This document shows positions 11,260 through 25,000 of a DNA stretch of 64,000 nt, one piece after another. Position 1 is the stretch's first letter. Every line of letters starts with the position of its first letter. The notes beneath the pieces are model-generated. The model saw nothing but the letters and a program-made list of their open reading frames with translations. It was not told where the DNA came from and did no database searches. The translations under genes were made by a program, and so were the position numbers. The DNA comes from Macrostomum lignano (taxonomy: Eukaryota), in the NCBI GenBank assembly GCA_002269645.1, contig NIVC01000168.1, forward strand, positions 661,297 through 725,296, in the 5' to 3' direction.

Positions 11260-13648
11260 GTACTTGAAATGCTGTTTCCTAAATAGCCATAGCTCTGTCT
11301 AATCTGAATATTGCATTTTTATTTCCTTTATTAATATTTACAATATCTTCTTTTCGTCTACAGGTGAACTGCTTTTTTGATTGAAAAATTGCAGTTGAAT
11401 CCAGTTTTACGATTCCATTGTTTTTGTTTTTCGATTTTTACAAACCATTTTTCTCACAGAGAGCATATTGAAAATAATATAAAACTGCATTGTGGACGGT
11501 GTAGAACTTAAATAGAATAACAATCAATATTCGATTCTGTAGCCTCGAATCCCACATGTTTGTGCTTGTGATTTTCTTATTTTAAAGTGACGCAGTGACA
11601 GTTTTAAAGGACACTTCAAATCGAAAACTGCCATCAGGAAAAGCTCATGCATGTATTTATTTATGTATTTATAAAGCGCTTAGGTGTTGTAAAGTCAAGT
11701 TTTTTTAAATGACTAAATGCGCTTACATGTAACGAATAATTAATGTACTGCTTACAATAGTCTATATCTAATTAATACTATAAAAAGTGGTGCATGCCTA
11801 ATGTTCGTACACCGTACACGTGCTTGCACTGTATGAGCGCCAACGGTTAGAGGTTAAATCAAGATTGCCAAAAAAAGTCTGCCTAGCATTGCGATGAGTT
11901 TACATGTACACCTCAACCTTATGTCACAAACACAAATGACCGCGAAAGTAAACGCGATGAATATATGGACCAGGAAAAACTATATTACTGTTGCCAACAG
12001 AATCGGCCGTTGCGAGGATTCCGAACTTCGTTGAATATTTGTCTTCCGGAATTTTTAAGGTTAGCTTCGGCTTCAGTTCTTTTTTTATAAAACTCTCTAG
12101 CACATGTATCTACACGCTAAATTTTTTAAATTATTGCAGAAAAATTAAAATTGTAATGATTTGATTAATTGTTAGTATTGATTAGTTGCATTAAAATATT
12201 GCTTAAATCCAGATACAGATCCGGTAAAATAATAACTATGTATTATAGCAAAAAGTAGTAATAAATTGTCGCCCTTGTTATTTAAAAACTCTACAAGCTA
12301 TTTTGTGATTGCAAAAGGTAATTTTATTCTGTTTTTTATATTTAATTATCACAACTATATTTTATGTTTTTGTATTGATCCTATAATTTATTCTACAGAA
12401 ATAAGTACAATTTTAAGGGCATTCTAGAATAGAACTCTCCAAGGTTACTTTGGCTTTGTATCAAATTACATGGGTGTGGCAAATCGCTTCTTACTAAATT
12501 CTTTCTACTCGGTAAAATATCTTGTTTTCACATTTCCAGTGCTTTTAAATATCATTGTTCTAGTAACATTAATTTTAGATTTTTAAATTTTTTTTACTAC
12601 TTTGCTTTTAGGGTCAAATTGTAGCGATCTGTATTGTTTTCTCAAATGTAATTACAATAGTTTATAAACTTACTTGCTAAACATTGAAGAAAAAAGCAAA
12701 CTCGCGATTAACCTTAAAATGAAAAAGCAGCATCTGTAGAAGCAATTTTTAAATAGGAAATGCATTTTGACTTTTTTAATTGTTGTTTCTGTGTTCGAAT
12801 GGATTATTTCGTGTTAAACCTACAGAAATAAGATGCGTTTTTACCTTTATTAACAATAGATGTTAGAAATCACTGAACTAAAATAAATTGGTAAATTTAA
12901 TGTTGAATAGACTTATCAATATATCTACAGCTTATAATATTTCATACATAATATTTTATAATATGTAGAATTCAGTTAAATCCTCTATTTTATTGATATC
13001 ATTGATTTAATTTTTTGGGATGATGATACAGTATAGTTTATCTCATAATCTGTTATTATTAGAAAACTTCCAAATAAAGACAACAAAGAATAAACGAGAT
13101 GTCCTGTAAAGAAGGTTGATGCAGATAAAGAGCAAAGGCGGTGGTTCTGTGTTTGCTGAATGAAAAGAATCACTTAAAGAGTTGAAGTACATAGGTTACG
13201 TTTATTTATAGTACTGAACTGAGTATAACCGGAAATTTCTAGAAGTTTCGTTAGTTACAACAAAATTAAATATCTTAAATGCTATTATGCAACACTACCG
13301 TACAAATGCATTAGTAAATATGACAACAATAAATTTTATACTTAATATTAAGCAGTAAAACTAACATTTAATTAAACTAAAGGAAATTTCTGGAACAAAC
13401 TTTAACTTTGCACTAAAAAAGTAATTTCTCGAAAAATCTAATTCTAAAAATAAATCTAGCGTACATGTACTTTCTAAGATTGATACTTTACGCTACAGTC
13501 CAAGTCTTTGTAAGATAGTTTCTTTGGAAATTTGTGACCTAATTTAAAAATGAGCTGAAAAAATTCAACTGTCTTTTTCTATTTAATTTTTTACTAAATA
13601 AGCATCTAAACTTTTATTACAGACATCTAGAAGTGCACTTGACTGCCA

Positions 13649-16600
13649 ATGACTTCAGCATTTTATGATATCCAGCTTGAGCAGATTAATTTTGAAATTC
13701 AAGAATGTGAAAATGAGTAAGTCAATGTTTTTGTTGCTCTTTTGGCTAATGTGAAAATGGCTGAACACTTGTAGTGACGCTTAAAAACCGGCAGGATCCA
13801 GGAGGTGCTGGCAGGGCTGCTGGAACATGCTCAGGCCGAGCTGCCGACAGCCCGTCCCTCGGACAGCCTCCTGGCGGTGATGGAGTCCATGACGCTGCAG
13901 AACTCCGTGGAGAGGACGGCCTGTCACGACACCAACGCGCAGCGGGTCGGCGAGCTGCTGGAACAGCTGATTGGCGGGCTGGACCGGGGCGAGCTGACGC
14001 CTCTGCAGGTGGGGGCTTCGCTTCTTTTTTGTTTATTTAACACCGCTCTGCACTTTGTGCAAGATTCTAAAAAGCAGCGTTTGGAAGTTTACTCAAGTTT
14101 GTTAACATTAAACGCATCTGATACTAACAAAGTACTGTGAATAGTGCACTTTAGGGCTGCTGACTTCGTAACCTTGCCCGTTCATTGGCCAAAAAGTAGG
14201 GAATATTCATTCAAGATTTTGAGTTGGCCCGTCCGCGTGCTCTAGTTTTCAGCCGAAGCAGTGTTAAAGCACATAATAGATTCGAAGTTCGCTATAGAAC
14301 CAACCCGCAAATGTAGACACATGCTCAGAGTTCTGTTTAACGATCAACCCTACCGGTACGCAAAGAAAAGATCCGCTTCACATTTTTGTCTCGCTACTCG
14401 TTAGTAGTCAGTAAATATCTTGTTTGGCGATTCCCCCCTGCTCCAATAGGCGGCTCACGGCCTCATCTTCCTCACCGCCGAGCGCGGCGTCCTGCTGCCT
14501 TTCTCCACCGCCGTGAAGTCCACCTCGGCGGACTCGGACTCGCGCTCGGTGTCCACCGTGTCGCTCAACAGCGTCGAGGACAGCCTTGAACGGAGCAACG
14601 ACGCCCTGTGGAACAGCCTGGCTGGCAAGGTGACGCGGCACCTCATCACGGCGCTGAGCGCGGAGCCTCCGGCCGGCTCGAAGCTCGACGAATCTTTCAG
14701 CGAAGCCGCGGCCAGGCGGCTGCGGTTCCAGCAGGGCATCGAGGTGCTGCAGCTGTTCAACTCTGCGCAGCGGTCCTGGCAGGTAGGCCGGATTTCAACT
14801 GGGCCAATTGTATCAGTGGGTCAGCCAGCCGCATCCATTGCAGGGTGGTTCAGTTCAAGCACTTGAACTCGCGCCCTCCCGCAGGTGTTCAAGCAGATCC
14901 GCATGAGCCACCTGGAGCGGCTGATCGACCGGCTCTTCTACACGCAGCAGTCCGGCGGGCACAAGCGCCGCACCCTGTCCGAGGTGTCCGCGAATTTCCC
15001 CACCTTCGCCTCGGCGGCCGTGGCGATGATGCGCGAGGACTTCGACCTGATCCGGGCGGACTACTTCCCCACCATCGGCAACTCGCAGGACAGCGTCATC
15101 AACATCTACCTGGACTACGTGTGCCAGGAGCTCGCCGACTTTGCGCACACGCTGGAGCGGACGCTGACCGAGTCGTCCGCTAAGCAATCGGGTGGCGCTC
15201 GGGGCGGCGGCGGTGGCACAGTGCACTTCTTCTCCAACTTAGCTAACGATGCGCTGAGCTTGGAAACCCTGCTGCAGGTGTGTGCGGGTGAATGTGTGCA
15301 GAGGTGACCCTGCTGCAGGTGTGTGCGGGTGAATGTGTGCAGAGGTGACCCTGCTGCAGGTGTGTGCGGGTGAATGTGTGCAGAGGTGACCCTGCTGCAG
15401 GTGTGTGCGGGTGAATGTGTGCAGAGGTGACCCTGCTGCAGGTGTGAATGTGCTCAAGGCTAATGAACCTTACCACGAGGCGAAACCTGGAACCTAATGC
15501 CAGGACTCCCTGATCCCTTGAGTACGCTATTCCCCAACGCGCCATCCCAGATCACAGACCTGCTGGCCACCCTGGCGGGCCTCGAGCGCGACTTCGTGTC
15601 GGTGGCCAACGACTACTGGTCGGCCAGCACGCACGGGCTGGACCAGCTGCAGCTGAGCAGCCTGTCCTCCATCGGGGCGGAGAAGCCGCGCGGGGTGCTC
15701 AAACGGCGCCAGTCGAATCCGGCGATGCTCGGCGGCGACCGGCGGATGAGCATCGCCTCTGAGCAGGTGAGACTGGCCTCAGCTCAGCAACAATTTAGTT
15801 GAGAGTGACCGCTAAGTCCTTTTATTCGTTCTACTTTAAGAGGCAAGGTGTACATTTGAAGGTTACATTTTTCCCGCTCTCCCAACCAACTTGCAGGGCA
15901 TCCTTGTGGTCTCGCACGACGAGAGCAGCGTGGTGCTGGAGACGAGCAGCCAGCTGCAGCCTCTGCTGCAGTGGCAGGCCGAGCTCGAGCCTTACTTCCC
16001 CGTGCTGGCCCGCTCGCTGGAGCACCAGCTGCACCAGAGCTGGCAGCGGACCTACTCAGACCGGATCCGCTGCTCTGTGGACGAGTCGGTGCGGCAGGGC
16101 CGGTTGGATTTCCCGCAGCTGATCCACAAGTCGCTGCAGGACTACACCCAGCTGGTGCAGCGCCTCATGCGCCTCGCCGTGTTCTGCACCGACGGCGGCG
16201 GCTCCTCCGGCCTGCTGCTTAAGTCGCTGGTGGCCACCGTGCAGCTGCACTTCCACGCCATGGTCAGCGCGCACTCCGCCCTGCTAGACGGCAGCGGCGG
16301 AGGCGACGGCGGAGGCGGCGGCGGAGGCTCGCCGGCCCCGGCCGACGGCATCCCGGACGCCGAGTTCCCCATCCGCATCGGGGACGCCGCCTACGCCATG
16401 CACGTGTGCGGCCACCTGGCGCAGAGCCTGGCCGGCTGCCACGCCGAGTCCAGCAGCGCCATGTACGCCCTGCACAAGACCTTCTCGGCCCTGCTGCACC
16501 GGCTGACTGGGGAGGCCGAGCTGCGCTACTCGCAGAACTTTCTCACCTGCCTGCTGTTCGACGCCGGCTCCAACTACTGGGAGGACGGGCAGGAGTTTCA

Positions 16601-19600
16601 CGACGAGACCCGCGTGTCCTTCAGCGTGGAAAGGTGAGCTGGCGTAGCTGCAGTGCACTGTATGAGTGCATGGCTGCGCTGCTCCGGAGTCAGCTTGTCA
16701 CACTGTCACCTGGATTTTTGCAGCTGCTCAGGGGTCAGCTTGTCACACTGTCACCTGGATTTTTGCAGCTGCTCAGGGGTCAGCTTGTCACACTGTCACC
16801 TGGATTTTTGTAACTGCTCAGGGGTCAGCTTGTCACACTGTCACCTGGATTTTTGCAGCTGCTCAGGGGTCAGCTTGTCACACTGTCACCAGGATTTTTG
16901 CAGCTGCTCAGGGGTCAGCTTGTCACACTGTCACCAGGATTTTTGCAGCTGCTCAGGGGTCAGCTTGTCACACTGTCACCAGGATTTTTGCAGCTGCTCA
17001 GGGGTCAGCTTGTCACACTGTCACCAGGATTTTTGCAGCTGCTCAGGGGTCAGCTTGTCACACTGTCACCAGGATTTTTGCAGCTGCTCAGGGGTCAGCT
17101 TGTCACACTGTCACCTGGATTTTTGCAACTGCTCAAAACCCCCTGCAGCAAATTTACCCCAACCAACCATGCTGCTGCCAGGTGGTACCTGGAGCTGCGG
17201 CGCATCTGGCATTCGCTCAGCTCAACCTGCCCGCACGAGATCAGCCGCTGCGTGCTGCTGTCGCTGCTGGAGAAGACACTCGGCTTTCTGCTTCAGCGAT
17301 ACGCGCAGGCGACGCCCTCGCACAGGCGGGTGAACCAGTACAGAGCTGACATCACCGCGATCCTCATGATGACGGAGGACCTGCTGTACGCCGTGTGCGA
17401 GCACGCTGAGCAGGTAAAGTGGCTTTTGGCAGGGTCAGTTACCGATCCGCACCCTCTAACCCGAGCCCACAATTGTGCATCCACCTGCCTACTCAGGAAC
17501 CCCCAGCCCACAATTGTACACCCGCCTGCCTACCCAGGAATCCCAAGCCCACAATTGTACAGTCACACTTGAGCAGTCATAACTGCAGTCAGAAAATGCT
17601 TCCAGGTCACGAACCCGGACCAGCTGGAGGACGCGAGCATCTACTTTGTGCACAACTGCTGCAGCGGTTTGCTGGCCTGCTTGGCCGTCGTGTCCTCGCC
17701 GCTGGCGGACCTGCACCGCGCCTTCCGCAAAGGGCTCGGCGCCGCCGACGGCAAGTCCTCCTCGTCGAAGTCATCGGATCGGCAGACGGCGGCAGGCGGC
17801 GAATCCGTCAGCGGCTCGTGCACCTACTGGCTCAGCGTGGTCCGGCCTGAGATGTACTTGCCTGACGCTGTGACGTGAGTTGCTGACGATGCGAGCTTTT
17901 CTAAAACTACTCAAGCCTGAACTAAATTCAGGCAAGGCTGATAATAATAGCTCGTAATAATAATTGATTACACCTGCCCCAATTGGGCCAGATGTGCAAC
18001 CGACAGCTCAGCCGCAGCTATTGCGCGACGCATCTGAAGGCTGCGTACGGCTGTTCAGTCAAAGGACTGGGGAGGGGGGGGTCGCCACACCCAGCCTAAA
18101 TTACCCCAGCTAATGCTGCCACCCATTTTACAGCTGGGTGAACTAAGGCAATGCAGAGTTAGGTGTCTTGCTCAAGGACACAAATTGTTCCGAGTAGGTC
18201 GAAAATCGAACCCCCGACCTTCCAGTCCAACCCTTTAACCACTAGGCTAAAATCCCTATCTACGCTGCAAAACCTATAGAAAGCTGAGAAGAGTGCTCAA
18301 AGTGCTACTCTGGCTTCAACTCGCACTAAAGACACTTGTCGAATTCGAACTTCCAGCCTGGACGCCATGCCCTGCCAGGTGGCTCTGCTCATGCAGCTCC
18401 GGCTGCTGCAGGAGTCTCCAGCCGCCAGGCACGAGCACGTGCTCGCCGCCCTGCTCATGAAGCAGTTCGCCTTGTCCGTGCAGCTCGTCTCCCGCGCCTG
18501 CCTCTCCGCAAGTGGCAGCGACTCCGGCTGCGAGGCCACGCTGGCCTGCCTGCTGACCGTGCTGTCGCACTGCCGCGGCGCCCAGCTCGAGGGCCCGCTG
18601 CGCTGCCTGCTGCCCGTGCTGGACCGCGGCGGCGGTGGCGGCGGCGGCGGTCCCGACGATGAAGGCCAATGGGAGCATCTGGACAGGCGCCGGTTTCTCG
18701 GCTTGGCGAAGGCGTCCGACGCGCCGCTGTGGCTGCGCGCGCTGGGCCGCCTGCTGGAGCCGCACCTGGAGACGGCGCTTCGGGCTGCCGTGAGCGAGGC
18801 GGCGCAGAGGAAGGCAGCGGAGCTGCAGGTTAGGGACACCAGTAAACTGGTGAACTGGTACTAAATTTACAGCTGTTTTATCATTTTACTGCTAATCAGA
18901 GAAGTTTATTGGCTTTGTGGGGCTTTTGGTTCTATTGACTTTGGGGACTGTTGGTTTTATTGGCTTTGGGGGCTGTTGGTTTTTTTGATTTTGGGGGCTG
19001 TTGGTTTTATTGGCTTTGCGGGACTGTTGGTTTTATTGGCTTTGGGAGGGACTGTTGGTTTTATTGGCTTTGGGAGGGGCTGTTGGTTTTATTGGCTTTG
19101 GGAGGGACTGTTGGTTTTATTGGCTTTGGGAGGGGCTGTTGGTTTTATTGGCTTTGGGAGGGGCTGTTGGTTTTATTGGCTTTGGGAGGGACTGTTGGTT
19201 TTATTGGCTTTGGGAGGGGCTGTTGGTTTTATTGGCTTTGGGAGGGGCTGTTGGTTTTATTGGCTTTGGGAGGGACTGTTGGCTTTATTGGCTTTGGGAG
19301 GGGCTGTTGGTTTTATTGGCTTTGGGAGGGACTGTTGGTTTTATTGGCTTTGGGAGGGGCTGTTGGTTTTATTGGCTTTGGGAGGGGCTGTTGGTTTTAT
19401 TGGCTTTGGGAGGGGCTGTTGGTTTTATTGGCTTTGGGAGGGGCTGTTGGTTTTATTGGCTTTGGGAGGGGCTGTTGGTTTTATTGGCTTTGGGAGGGGC
19501 TGTTGGTTTTATTGGCTTTGGGAGGGACTGTTGGTTTTATTGGCTTTGGGAGGGGCTGTTGGTTTTATTGGCTTTGGGAGGGACTGTTGGTTTTATTGGC

Positions 19601-21321
19601 TTTGGGAGGGGCTGTTGGTTTTATTGGCTTTGGGAGGGGCTGTTGGTTTTATTGGCTTTGGGAGGGGCTGTTGGTTTTATTGGCTTTGGGAGGGGCTGTT
19701 GGTTTTATTGGCTTTGGGAGGGGCTGTTGGTTTTATTGGCTTTGGGAGGGGCTGTTGGTTTTATTGGCTTTGGGAGGGGCTGTTGGTTTTATTGGCTTTG
19801 GGAGGGGCTGTTGGTTTTATTGGCTTTGGGAGGGGCTGTTGGTTTTATTGGCTTAAGGTTTTGTTTTTATTACAATTTTTAATGCTTATTCTTGTACAAG
19901 CATTACAGGCATTACGTAACCTGATCCTGTTACGCATTTGTCTCCATGCTAACAACCACAGGTGCCAAGTCGGTCTGTCTGTCCCGCACTGCACGGCCCG
20001 CTGCCCTGCGGCTGCGCCGCCCCTGTCCCTGCCAGCCGCAGCAGCGCAGCGGCCGCTGGTTCCTCCGCGGCCGCCGCCGCCGACTCCCTGCTAGTAGCGC
20101 TGGCCGCCGAGTGGCCGCGCACCCCGCCAGCCGTGCAGTTCTGCCTGCGCGCCCTTGGCGACACCGCTGCGCGCCGCGGCGCCCGACCGATCGGAGACTG
20201 CGCCGGCCTGCACATCCTGGGCGCCTGCATGGCGCAGCACCTGCGCCGCCTGCGGCTCAAAGACAGCGCCAGCGATCTTGGCCTGGGCGCCGATCCGGAC
20301 GCCGTGCTGCAGCGGCTGGTCGAGGCGCTCACGGACGAGGTGCGTCGGCCAGCGTCTGTGCTGCGCATTGTGGAGGCCGTGAGTTCGCAGGTGAGCTGTC
20401 GCTGCTTATGGCAACAAAATATGGCTGAAAATTCGAACTATGAATTATGAATTTTTATGGAACAAGTTAAGCACAAACGGCCGAGGTTAGTATGCAAATT
20501 TGCGTTGGGCAGTTGACGCAAGTTGAAAATTCAGCTGAGCTGCCTCGCCTTTCCTCTTTCCTCGCCTTCCACAGTCGGCCTCCAGCATGCTGGCTCCTTT
20601 CATCGAAACGGTCAGCCCCGGCCCGCCGTCCGCACCGTCTGGCGGCAGCGGCGGCCAGTCAGGAGTCTCGGCCGCCTGGCAGGACCGGCGGCAGCTGGCC
20701 GCCATGCTGGCCGAGGTGGACGCGGCCGGCCACCTGCCTCACCTGGTTGGGCTCGGCCACCTGCTGCGCCGCAATGCGGAATGCCTGGCCGCCGGGCTCG
20801 GCGTGGCTGCCGCCGACGACGACGAAGTGGCAGCGGCGGCCGCCTCGGCCGGCTTCGTGTGCGACCTCGGCCCCATGGAGGCGGCGCCCTTCGACCCGCT
20901 GCGCGCCGCCCAGCGCATGGGCAGCGACCAGCGCCGTCGCTACTTCGACGCGGACGCCGACGGCGACGCAGCCGAGGTGGCGGACCTTCGGTACGACGAG
21001 GACGACGAAGAGGAAGACGGCAGTCCGGGCGACACCACCGAAGAGGACAGCGGAGGTCGGCGGCGACGTCGACGATCTTCGTCGAATCGAGGAAGTCGGC
21101 GAAAGAGGAGCCGCCAACGGCAGCAGAGGCGGCGCGGCAGGCGGCCGAGGTTCAACTGGCCGGAGCTGCTGGCGGGCGGCGGGGCGCGGCTCGGCCTCAG
21201 CCTGGTGAACTTCCGGTCTCTGCTGGGCCACCGCTGGGAGTTCGCGCGGCCGGAACTGCTGGAGGGCGACGCCGGCGCGCAGTCGATTGTGGAGGCGCTG
21301 GCGGCGAAGTTCGGCCTGTGA
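13649..21321 (+). CDS. KIAA0825: KIAA0825 orthologue, 11 exons, about 1369 aa
   Basis: Exons 13649-13716, 13795-14008, 14450-14782, 14885-15277, 15551-15766, 15897-16633, 17182-17413, 17606-17874, 18357-18828, 19962-20390, 20575-21321. All GT-AG and phase-consistent, 4110 nt total. Segment LLFDAGSNYWEDGQEFHDETRVSFSVERWY...LLEKTLGFLLQRYAQATPSHRRVNQYRADITAILMMTEDLLYAVC matches recalled human KIAA0825 ([30 protein letters not shown]...[44 protein letters not shown]). SLNSVED and IYLDYVCQELADF also match. Confidence 0.85.
15267..15447. repeat. 41-bp minisatellite spanning the exon-4 splice donor of KIAA0825
   Basis: CCCTGCTGCAGGTGTG recurs at 15267, 15308, 15349, 15390 and 15431. Confidence 0.92.
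16677..17135. repeat. 45-bp minisatellite in KIAA0825 intron 6
   Basis: CAGCTGCTCAGGGGTCAGCTTGTCACACTGTCACC(T/A)GGATTTTTG, about 10 copies. Confidence 0.95.
17945..18258 (-). mobile_element. tRNA-derived SINE (full copy) in KIAA0825 intron 8
   Basis: Minus strand has A-box-like TAGCCTAGTGG, B-box-like GGTTCGATT, the GTGTCCTTGAGCAAGACAC core seen in many metazoan SINE2 families, and a (TTA)n-like tail. The same sequence recurs at 21860-21999 and 26273-26487. Confidence 0.8.
18903..19853. repeat. 28-bp minisatellite (GGGCTGTTGGTTTTATTGGCTTTGGGAG)n in KIAA0825 intron 9
   Basis: About 33 copies, read directly. Confidence 0.96.
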
Positions 21322-21859
21322 GCTCAGCTGGTGGATCGAGCGCGGGACTTCACTGCGTTTGAGACTGCAGTCGCAGTTTAGTCTGTTTGAGCGATAATCT
21401 TCAGGACAAAGGTATAGAATGGATTGCTAATCTAGCCTACCTGCTTCTAGCCATAGATTAGCACATTCAAAGACCTGGAACCAGTGCTCACAGGCAGTTT
21501 ACGTAGCAGAATGCACAAGACATTCTTAGGCTTACATGTTACATGCAGCACAATATTTTCTTAATCAGTGACGAGTCCCCAGGCAATCAGCAGCGTTTAA
21601 CAGTTTAGTTAAGTAATAATTATTTGGAATCACTTTTGTTCCACATATTTTATTTTTCTGTTGTTATTGTGATATCAGATTCAACAGTTTATAGCTTTGA
21701 AATGCTATTTTTATCTCTATGTTGTATTTCTGTGTTAAAATCTTTTGTAGATTAAATAAACGCGTGAATCAATGTACAATTTTATCTTAACTTTAAAATG
21801 CTGGTCAATAACCACTGAGTTCCTAATATCAGAATATAAATATGAACTTCAATAATCAT

Positions 21860-21999
21860 AAATATAATAATTTATTACACCCGCCATAATGGCCAGATGT
21901 GCAACCGACAGCTCAGCCGCAGCTATTGCGCGGCGCATCTGAAGGCTGCGTACGGCTGTTCAGTCCAAGGGTCGCCACACACACACACACACACAATCA
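21860..21999 (-). mobile_element. 3' half of a SINE (same family as 17945-18258), split by a TIR element
   Basis: Near-identical to 17966-18090 (GGCCAGATGTGCAACCGACAGCTCAGCCGCAGCTATTGCGCG...GTCGCCACAC). Confidence 0.8.
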
Positions 22000-22001
22000 C
22001 G

Positions 22002-25000
22002 CACCGGGCACTTGTTGGTATGGTATACAATGGTGGGCACTTATTTTGCAATTTTTTTTGACACACGAAAACACACACATACACACAGTGCAATGACCTA
22101 TTAAGTATTTTTAGCATTTAAATGATGAAAAAAAGCATACATTGAAATAAAAAAGCACGTCCCATACTAATAGTATGATCTATTGAAAGTGAAGGAATAG
22201 CATATCATCGTGTAACTATATTGTCCTCAGTCCAGCGAATTCAGCATTACTTGAAATACAAAAGGCTTCGTTACAGCCAATCCACATGAAAAAAAAACTA
22301 GTTACAAGCAGTCTATTTACCTTTACCTTAACTAATACGCTATAATGCTGTACGCAATATGCCTGACTAATATGAATAAAAAATTCAATTACACTTGCGC
22401 TTAGAAAAAACCTAAAATTGACAGTGAAACTGAAAAACTGAAACGCAGAGATTAGTTAAGCAGATTAAACAAAAAATTCCGGTCGAGTGAGAAAACAGGA
22501 GTCTCGTTATTTAGAGCACTCTGGCATCCAGCATTACGCTCGTAGTCTATTAGCTGCTCTCCTGAGTTCGAAGCTGACAGGTCCGTTGCAGTCGGCATCG
22601 ATTGAGTCGACTGCCAATTTAGTCAATGGGTTTCGTTTCTTCTTTTCACTGGAACCTGTGGTGGGATTAGCAAAAGATCGATTTCGCATATCGATTTAGT
22701 GATTTCAAGGACGACAAAATCATTCTTCTCTGCATGTCAGCTCCAGAAGATGCTAGTTTGCTTGCAGCTTTCTGTAGGAGCATTCTACTTTAGTAAAGTG
22801 TACCCATTCTAAAATAAGCTGTTTTTAATATGTCCCAACAAGTCTCTGTGCAGTGTGTCATCCGTTTGCCCATCAATTTGTTCTGGAGCCCTTTATTAAT
22901 TGAGTTCTTTAGGTGACTTAACAAATGCGGAAAAAACTAGACACACACACAGTGGCCCAACACTTCGTGTCCCAATAATTGCTAGGAAAAATGCACTGCA
23001 GTGTTTAAGCATCTCCTCTGAGGGGCCCTTGCATGCATAGCTATAGAATCTGCTAAGACCCGATCTGAGAGTTAAAAGTACAAAAAGTTATAACGCTTCT
23101 AGACACGAAAACGAATGCAGCCACATCATGAACTAACCTTTCATTGAAGCTTCTGCTTAAGACTTTGATGCTGTGAAGCATTCTGGCATCTAGCATTACT
23201 CTCGTAGTCTATTAGCTGCTCTCCTGAGTTCGAAGCTGACAGGTCCGTTGCAGTCGGCATCGATTGAGTCGACTGCCAATTTAGTCAATGGGTTTCGTTT
23301 CTTCTTTTCACTGGAACCTGTGGTGGGATTAGCAAAAGATCGATTTCGCATATCGATTTAGTGATTTCAAGGACGACAAAATCATTCTTCTCTGCATGTC
23401 AGCTCCAGAAGATGCTAGTTTGCTTGCAGCTTTCTGTAGGAGCATTCTACTTTAGTAAAGTATACCCATTCTAAAATAAGCTGTTTTTAATATGTCCCAA
23501 CAAGTCTCTGTGCAGTGTGTCATCCGTTTGCCCATCAATTTGTTCTGGAGCCCTTTATTAATTGAGTTCTTTAGGTGACTTAACAAATGCGGAAAAAACT
23601 AGACACACACACACAGTGGCCCAACACTTCGTGTCCCAATAATTGCTAGGAAAAATGCACTGCAGTGTTTAAGCATCTCCTCTGAGGGGCCCTTGCATGC
23701 ATAGCTATAGAATCTGCTAAGACACGATCTGAGAGTTAAAAGTACAAAAAGTTATAACGCTTCTAGACACGAAAACGAATGCAGCAACAGCATGAACTAA
23801 CCTTTCATTGAAGCTTCTGCTTAAGACTTTGATGCTGTGAAGCATTCTGGCATCTAGCATTACTCTCGTAGTCTATTAGCTGCTCTCCTGAGTTCGAAGC
23901 TGACAGGTCCGTTGCAGTCGGCATCGATTGAGTCGACTGCCAATTTAGTCAATGGGTTTCGTTTCTTCTTTTCACTGGAACCTGTGGTGGGATTAGCAAA
24001 AGATCGATTTCGCATATCGATTTAGTGATTTCAAGGACGACAAAATCATTCTTCTCTGCATGTCAGCTCCAGAAGATGCTAGTTTGCTTGCAGCTTTCTG
24101 TAGGAGCATTCTACTTTAGTAAAGTGTACCCATTCTAAAATAAGCTGTTTTTAATATGTCCCAACAAGTCTCTGTGCAGTGTGTCATCCGTTTGCCATCA
24201 ATTTGTTCTGGAGCCCTTTATTAATTGAGTTCTTTAGGTGACTTAACAAATGCGGAAAAAACTAGACACACACACAGTGGCCCAACACTTTGTGTCCCAA
24301 TAATTGCTAGGAAAAATGCACTGCAGTGTTTAAGCATCTCCTCTGAGGGGCCCTTGCATGCATAGCTATAGAATCTGCTAAGACACGATCTGAGAGTTAA
24401 AAGTACAAAAAGTTATAACGCTTCTAGACACGAAAACGAATGCAGCAACAGCATGAACTAACCTTTCATTGAAGCTTCTGCTTAAGACTTTGATGCTGTG
24501 AAGCATTCTGGCATCTAGCATTACTCTCGTAGTCTATTAGCTGCTCTCCTGAGTTCGAAGCTGACAGGTCCGTTGCAGTCGGCATCGATTGAGTCGACTG
24601 CCAATTTAGTCAATGGGTTTCGTTTCTTCTTTTCACTGGAACCTGTGGTGGGATTAGCAAAAGATCGATTTCGCATATCGATTTAGTGATTTCAAGGACG
24701 ACAAAATCATTCTTCTCTGCATGTCAGCTCCAGAAGATGCTAGTTTGCTTGCAGCCTTCTGTAGGAGCATTCTACTTTAGTAAAGTATACCCATTCTAAA
24801 ATAAGCTGTTTTTAATATGTCCCAACAAGTCTCTGTGCAGTGTGTCATCCGTTTGCCCATCAATTTGTTCTGGAGCCCTTTATTAATTGAGTTCTTTAGG
24901 TGACTTAACAAATGCGGAAAAAACTAGACACACACACAGTGGCCCAACACTTCGTGTCCCAATAATTGCTAGGAAAAATGCACTGCAGTGTTTAAAGCAT

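Noticed and set aside
16406-17572. ORFs with LLRGQLVTLSPGFLQ or Cys/His repeats
   Set aside because: Read-through of the 45-bp minisatellite in KIAA0825 intron 6.
18951-20094. Apparent multi-pass membrane proteins of about 300-370 aa
   Set aside because: A 28-bp repeat with no stop codon, read in three frames inside KIAA0825 intron 9.
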